A stretch of DNA of 64,000 nt from Lentisphaeria bacterium (GTDB lineage Bacteria; Verrucomicrobiota; Lentisphaeria; Victivallales; UBA1829): NCBI GenBank assembly GCA_017503375.1, contig JAFVTF010000071.1, forward strand, positions 3,036 to 67,035, read 5' to 3'. Under the pieces are notes generated by a model that was not told where the DNA came from, made no database searches, and worked only from the letters and a program-made list of their open reading frames with translations. Shown piece after piece: positions 61,208-64,000 of this stretch (within the stretch, counting starts at the first letter, position 1; the number at the start of each line of letters is the position of its first letter). The position numbers and the translations under genes were made by a program.

Positions 61208-63109
61208 TCATTTTTCCAATTCAGCAAGCCATTCTTCAGCGGAAGCATCCGAGGGCATCTTCCAATCAGTTCGCGGTGAAAGGGCAATGGAACCGACTTT
61301 CGGACCATCCTGACAGCAGCTGCGTTTGAACTGCTGACTGAAGAATCTGCGGAAGAATAAACCGAGGAACTTCCGGATATTTTCTTCCGGGTAATCTGCC
61401 CCGAACGCCTTACCGGCAAGGAACAGCAGTTTATCCGGAGACGTATGATACTTTATAAAGTGGTACAGGAAGAAATCGTGCATTTCGTATGGTCCGATGA
61501 TATCTTCCGTTTTCTGCTTGATCTCTCCGCCGGATGATGCCGGGAGCAATTCCGGACTGACCGGGGTTTCCATAATGTCCTGCAGAATATTCCGGATATT
61601 TTCCGGCATATTTCTGCTTGCTCTGGAAATAATCGGACGGATCAATGTTTTCGGCACATCGCAATTGACGGAGTACATGGCAATATGGTCACCATTGAAT
61701 GTACACCATCCCATAGCCGCTTCGGAAAGGTCGCCTGTTCCGATACAGAGCCCACCCACGCCATTGGCAATATCATGCAGGATCTGGGTGCGTTCCCGTG
61801 CCTGTGTGTTTTCATAAACCACATTCCGGTTTTCCGGATCATGTCCGATATCTTCAAAGTGCTGCAAACATGCTTTGCTGATATTGATTTCCCGCAATTC
61901 AGTTCCCAAACCCTTGCAAAGCCCGACCGCATTATCGTATGTTCTGTCTGTTGTACCGAATCCGGGCATTGTGACAGCTATGATATCAGAAGCCGGAAAA
62001 TTCAATTTTTTCATGACGTTATTGCAAACCAGCAGAGCCAGCGTGGAATCAAGACCGCCGGAAATTCCGAGAACCAGTTTTTTTGCTCCGGTGTGTTCCA
62101 TCCGTTTGGCAAGCCCGGCTGTCTGAATTTCAAAAATCTCATCACAGCGTTCTGCTCTTTCCGTTTCATCTGCGGGAATAAACGGCGTTCTTTCGACGGG
62201 GGACAGCTCCCCATCGGATTCCGGAAGAAGGTTCAGCTCGACTTTCCGGAAATGTTCCTGTGCAAACATTTCTGAATGGGCGAGATACTGTCTGTCGGAA
62301 AGCCGTGCGGTATCAATCTGCTCCATATCAACATCGAAGAAATAGAGCATATCATCCCGTTCAAAACGCGGGGAGTTCAGGAGTTCTTTTCCCAGCGAAA
62401 ATGCAGCACAATGTCCGCTGCAAACTCCATCGGTTGTGGATTCTGAAACTCCGGCTGAAGCATAAATTCTGCCTGTAAAACTCTGACGGGACTGCACGGC
62501 AAGTCTCTGCAACCGTTTCCGTGCCTGATCTGCAAATTCAATGTCGGCTGCCGGGTTGAGAATCAGATTTGCACCGGAAAGGGCAAGAGCTGCACCCGGC
62601 GCGATCAGACATTCTGCATCATCTCCGATTTCCAGCCCGATCCTGACACCGTTTTCCGATTCAAAGAGAAGTTCTGTTCCGAACGGAACGGTCATTCCGG
62701 CATAGAAAATATCGCGGCCTTCCACTCCGTTTCCTGCTGCAAAAACAGCATTGGCGGAACGGCAGCTTTTCGGGACGATTCCGCAGATCATTCCGTTCTG
62801 TACAAGAATACTGCAATCATAAATTCTGTTTTTTTCTTCCACCGGTGCTCCGAGAACGAACAATGTGGAAAACTCCGCAGTTTTTTCTGCAAATTCTGCA
62901 ACTGCTTTTTCTGCCTGTTTCAGCAGAATTCTATCCCGGAAAAGATCTCCGCATGAAGCGGACGTCAATGATAATTCGGGAAATAAAACAACTGCGCTTC
63001 CCTGTTTTGCGGCAGCTTCTGCATGAGTCAGAAGTTTGTTCAAATTCCAGGAAACATTCCCGACTTTTCCGGCGGGAACGCATGCGGCACATCTGATAAA
63101 ACCGTACAT
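61208..63109 (-). CDS. nadE: glutamine-dependent NAD+ synthetase (CN-hydrolase domain + synthetase domain)
   Basis: The N-terminal nitrilase-like part has VVLFPELSLTS. The synthetase P-loop is LVLGISGGLDSTL. The 633-aa length fits the long form. Confidence 0.85.
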   Translation of the reverse strand: MYGFIRCAACVPAGKVGNVSWNLNKLLTHAEAAAKQGSAVVLFPELSLTSASCGDLFRDRILLKQAEKAVAEFAEKTAEFSTLFVLGAPVEEKNRIYDCSILVQNGMICGIVPKSCRSANAVFAAGNGVEGRDIFYAGMTVPFGTELLFESENGVRIGLEIGDDAECLIAPGAALALSGANLILNPAADIEFADQARKRLQRLAVQSRQSFTGRIYASAGVSESTTDGVCSGHCAAFSLGKELLNSPRFERDDMLYFFDVDMEQIDTARLSDRQYLAHSEMFAQEHFRKVELNLLPESDGELSPVERTPFIPADETERAERCDEIFEIQTAGLAKRMEHTGAKKLVLGISGGLDSTLALLVCNNVMKKLNFPASDIIAVTMPGFGTTDRTYDNAVGLCKGLGTELREINISKACLQHFEDIGHDPENRNVVYENTQARERTQILHDIANGVGGLCIGTGDLSEAAMGWCTFNGDHIAMYSVNCDVPKTLIRPIISRASRNMPENIRNILQDIMETPVSPELLPASSGGEIKQKTEDIIGPYEMHDFFLYHFIKYHTSPDKLLFLAGKAFGADYPEENIRKFLGLFFRRFFSQQFKRSCCQDGPKVGSIALSPRTDWKMPSDASAEEWLAELEK

Positions 63110-63134
63110 AAATCAAAAGTCCTGTGATAAAAAA

Positions 63135-63833
63135 TTATTCGTGTACACTGGAAGCGGAAACCACGCGGGAATGACATTCCCGGATATACTCCATCGCTTC
63201 TTCCGGAGTATCAACGACAACAAAAAGGTCCAAATCCTCTTCAGAGATCATTCCTTCTGCGAGCAATGTGTTTTTGAACCAATCCAGGAGAGGTCCCCAG
63301 AATTTTTTATCAACCAGCACAAGTGGAACCGGATTGATCTTGTTTGTCTGGATCAGGGTCAGCGTTTCACTCATTTCATCCAGTGTTCCGAATCCGCCGG
63401 GATAAATGACGACCGCAGAGGAATATTTCAGAAAACACAATTTCCGGATGAAAAAGTACCGGAAATCCAGAGATGCTTTCTGGTAAGGATTCGGCTGCTG
63501 TTCCATGGGAAGTTTAATATTCAAACCGACGGAATTTCCACCGTTTTCAAAAGCACCTTTATTTCCGGCTTCCATGATACCGGGGCCGCCTCCTGTCAGA
63601 ACGCCATAACCAAAATCTGTAAGCAGCTTTGCCAGTTTTTCCGCTGATTGATAATCCGCATTTTCCGGCTTCGTTCTGGCTGAACCGAATATGGAAACCA
63701 GAGGTCCCTGTTTTGACATATCTTCAATTGCTTCAACCAGTTCCGCCATGATGCGGAATACTCTCCAGGGTTCATCCTGCAGAAAATCCTGATTTGAACA
63801 GACAGGTACGGTAATCTTTTCTGTTTCACTCAT
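63135..63833 (-). CDS. LOG-family / TIGR00730 Rossmann-fold nucleotide-binding protein
   Basis: VSIFGSAR, LTGGGPGIMEAGNKGA and YPGGFGTLDEMSE are the LOG signature motifs. Confidence 0.85.
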   Translation of the reverse strand: MSETEKITVPVCSNQDFLQDEPWRVFRIMAELVEAIEDMSKQGPLVSIFGSARTKPENADYQSAEKLAKLLTDFGYGVLTGGGPGIMEAGNKGAFENGGNSVGLNIKLPMEQQPNPYQKASLDFRYFFIRKLCFLKYSSAVVIYPGGFGTLDEMSETLTLIQTNKINPVPLVLVDKKFWGPLLDWFKNTLLAEGMISEEDLDLFVVVDTPEEAMEYIRECHSRVVSASSVHE

Positions 63834-64000
63834 TTTATATCTCCGGGGGTTATTTTCATCAGTTTCATAACTTCTTCATCAGAACATCCATGATTGTTTC
63901 CGCTGTACTTCAAATGGATTTTTTTTACAGCAGAGGAACGGGCCAGGGCAGGAGGATAAGAGGCTTTTACATAATTCTTGACTTCCGCATCCATTTCAGC
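63830..64000 (-). CDS. C-terminal 56 residues of an unidentified protein (gene runs off the right edge)
   Basis: The minus-strand frame is open from 64000 to the TGA at 63832..63830, which forms an ATGA overlap with the LOG gene start. The translation is ...AEMDAEVKNYVKASYPPALARSSAVKKIHLKYSGNNHGCSDEEVMKLMKITPGDIK. I recognise no family. Confidence 0.45.
   Translation of the reverse strand, partial: AEMDAEVKNYVKASYPPALARSSAVKKIHLKYSGNNHGCSDEEVMKLMKITPGDIK

Noticed and set aside
1-64000. I looked across the whole window for tRNA, rRNA, CRISPR arrays, integrases/transposases, prophage genes, toxin-antitoxin pairs and known defence systems.
   Set aside because: Intergenic regions are short and AT-rich, with no cloverleaf-like or regularly spaced repeat structure. 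No ORF shows transposase, integrase, nuclease-helicase or reverse-transcriptase motifs that I can recognise.

Overview
This is a 64-kb chromosomal window of mid-range GC. It looks like a PVC-superphylum bacterium (Lentisphaerota/Kiritimatiellota-like). That placement is an inference from three GspG-like DUF1559 proteins with the N-terminus [24 protein letters not shown] and from the density of glycoside hydrolases.

- **1-22 kb:** AraC-controlled glycan-utilisation loci carrying GH127, a GH78-like enzyme, a GH2 beta-glucuronidase-like enzyme and a WbsX/GH99-like protein. The region is dominated by a tandem triplication of ~1130-aa secreted proteins with a CBM9-like N-terminus and an unassigned C-terminal region.
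- **22-33 kb:** housekeeping genes: FNT channel, fabF, lipA, dus, ECF sigma/anti-sigma, serA, folK, rpsD, recX, rpmE, prfA. serA is interrupted by a single in-frame TGA.
- **33-42 kb:** two tandem SGNH hydrolases and a seven-gene orphan minor-pseudopilin operon (GspI/J/K/H-like) whose GspK-like member is 1060 aa.
- **42-64 kb:** a third DUF1559 gene, a Ca-type P-ATPase, and a purple-acid-phosphatase-like phosphoesterase. Next is an AraC / DegT-aminotransferase / 2x ceramidase-like / TIM-isomerase cluster. Rho follows, with a ~300-aa N-terminal extension containing an Asn-rich prion-like tract, then coaE, a Nudix hydrolase, an RlmI-like methyltransferase, nadE and a LOG-family protein.

I saw no rRNA, tRNA, CRISPR, transposase, integrase or phage genes.

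Many very long ORFs in the track are codon-aligned antisense shadows and are rejected.

The best candidates for undescribed biology are:
- the pseudopilin module with its giant tip-like protein, together with the non-Gly(-1) prepilin motifs;
- the triplicated giant secreted proteins;
- the ceramidase-like cluster.
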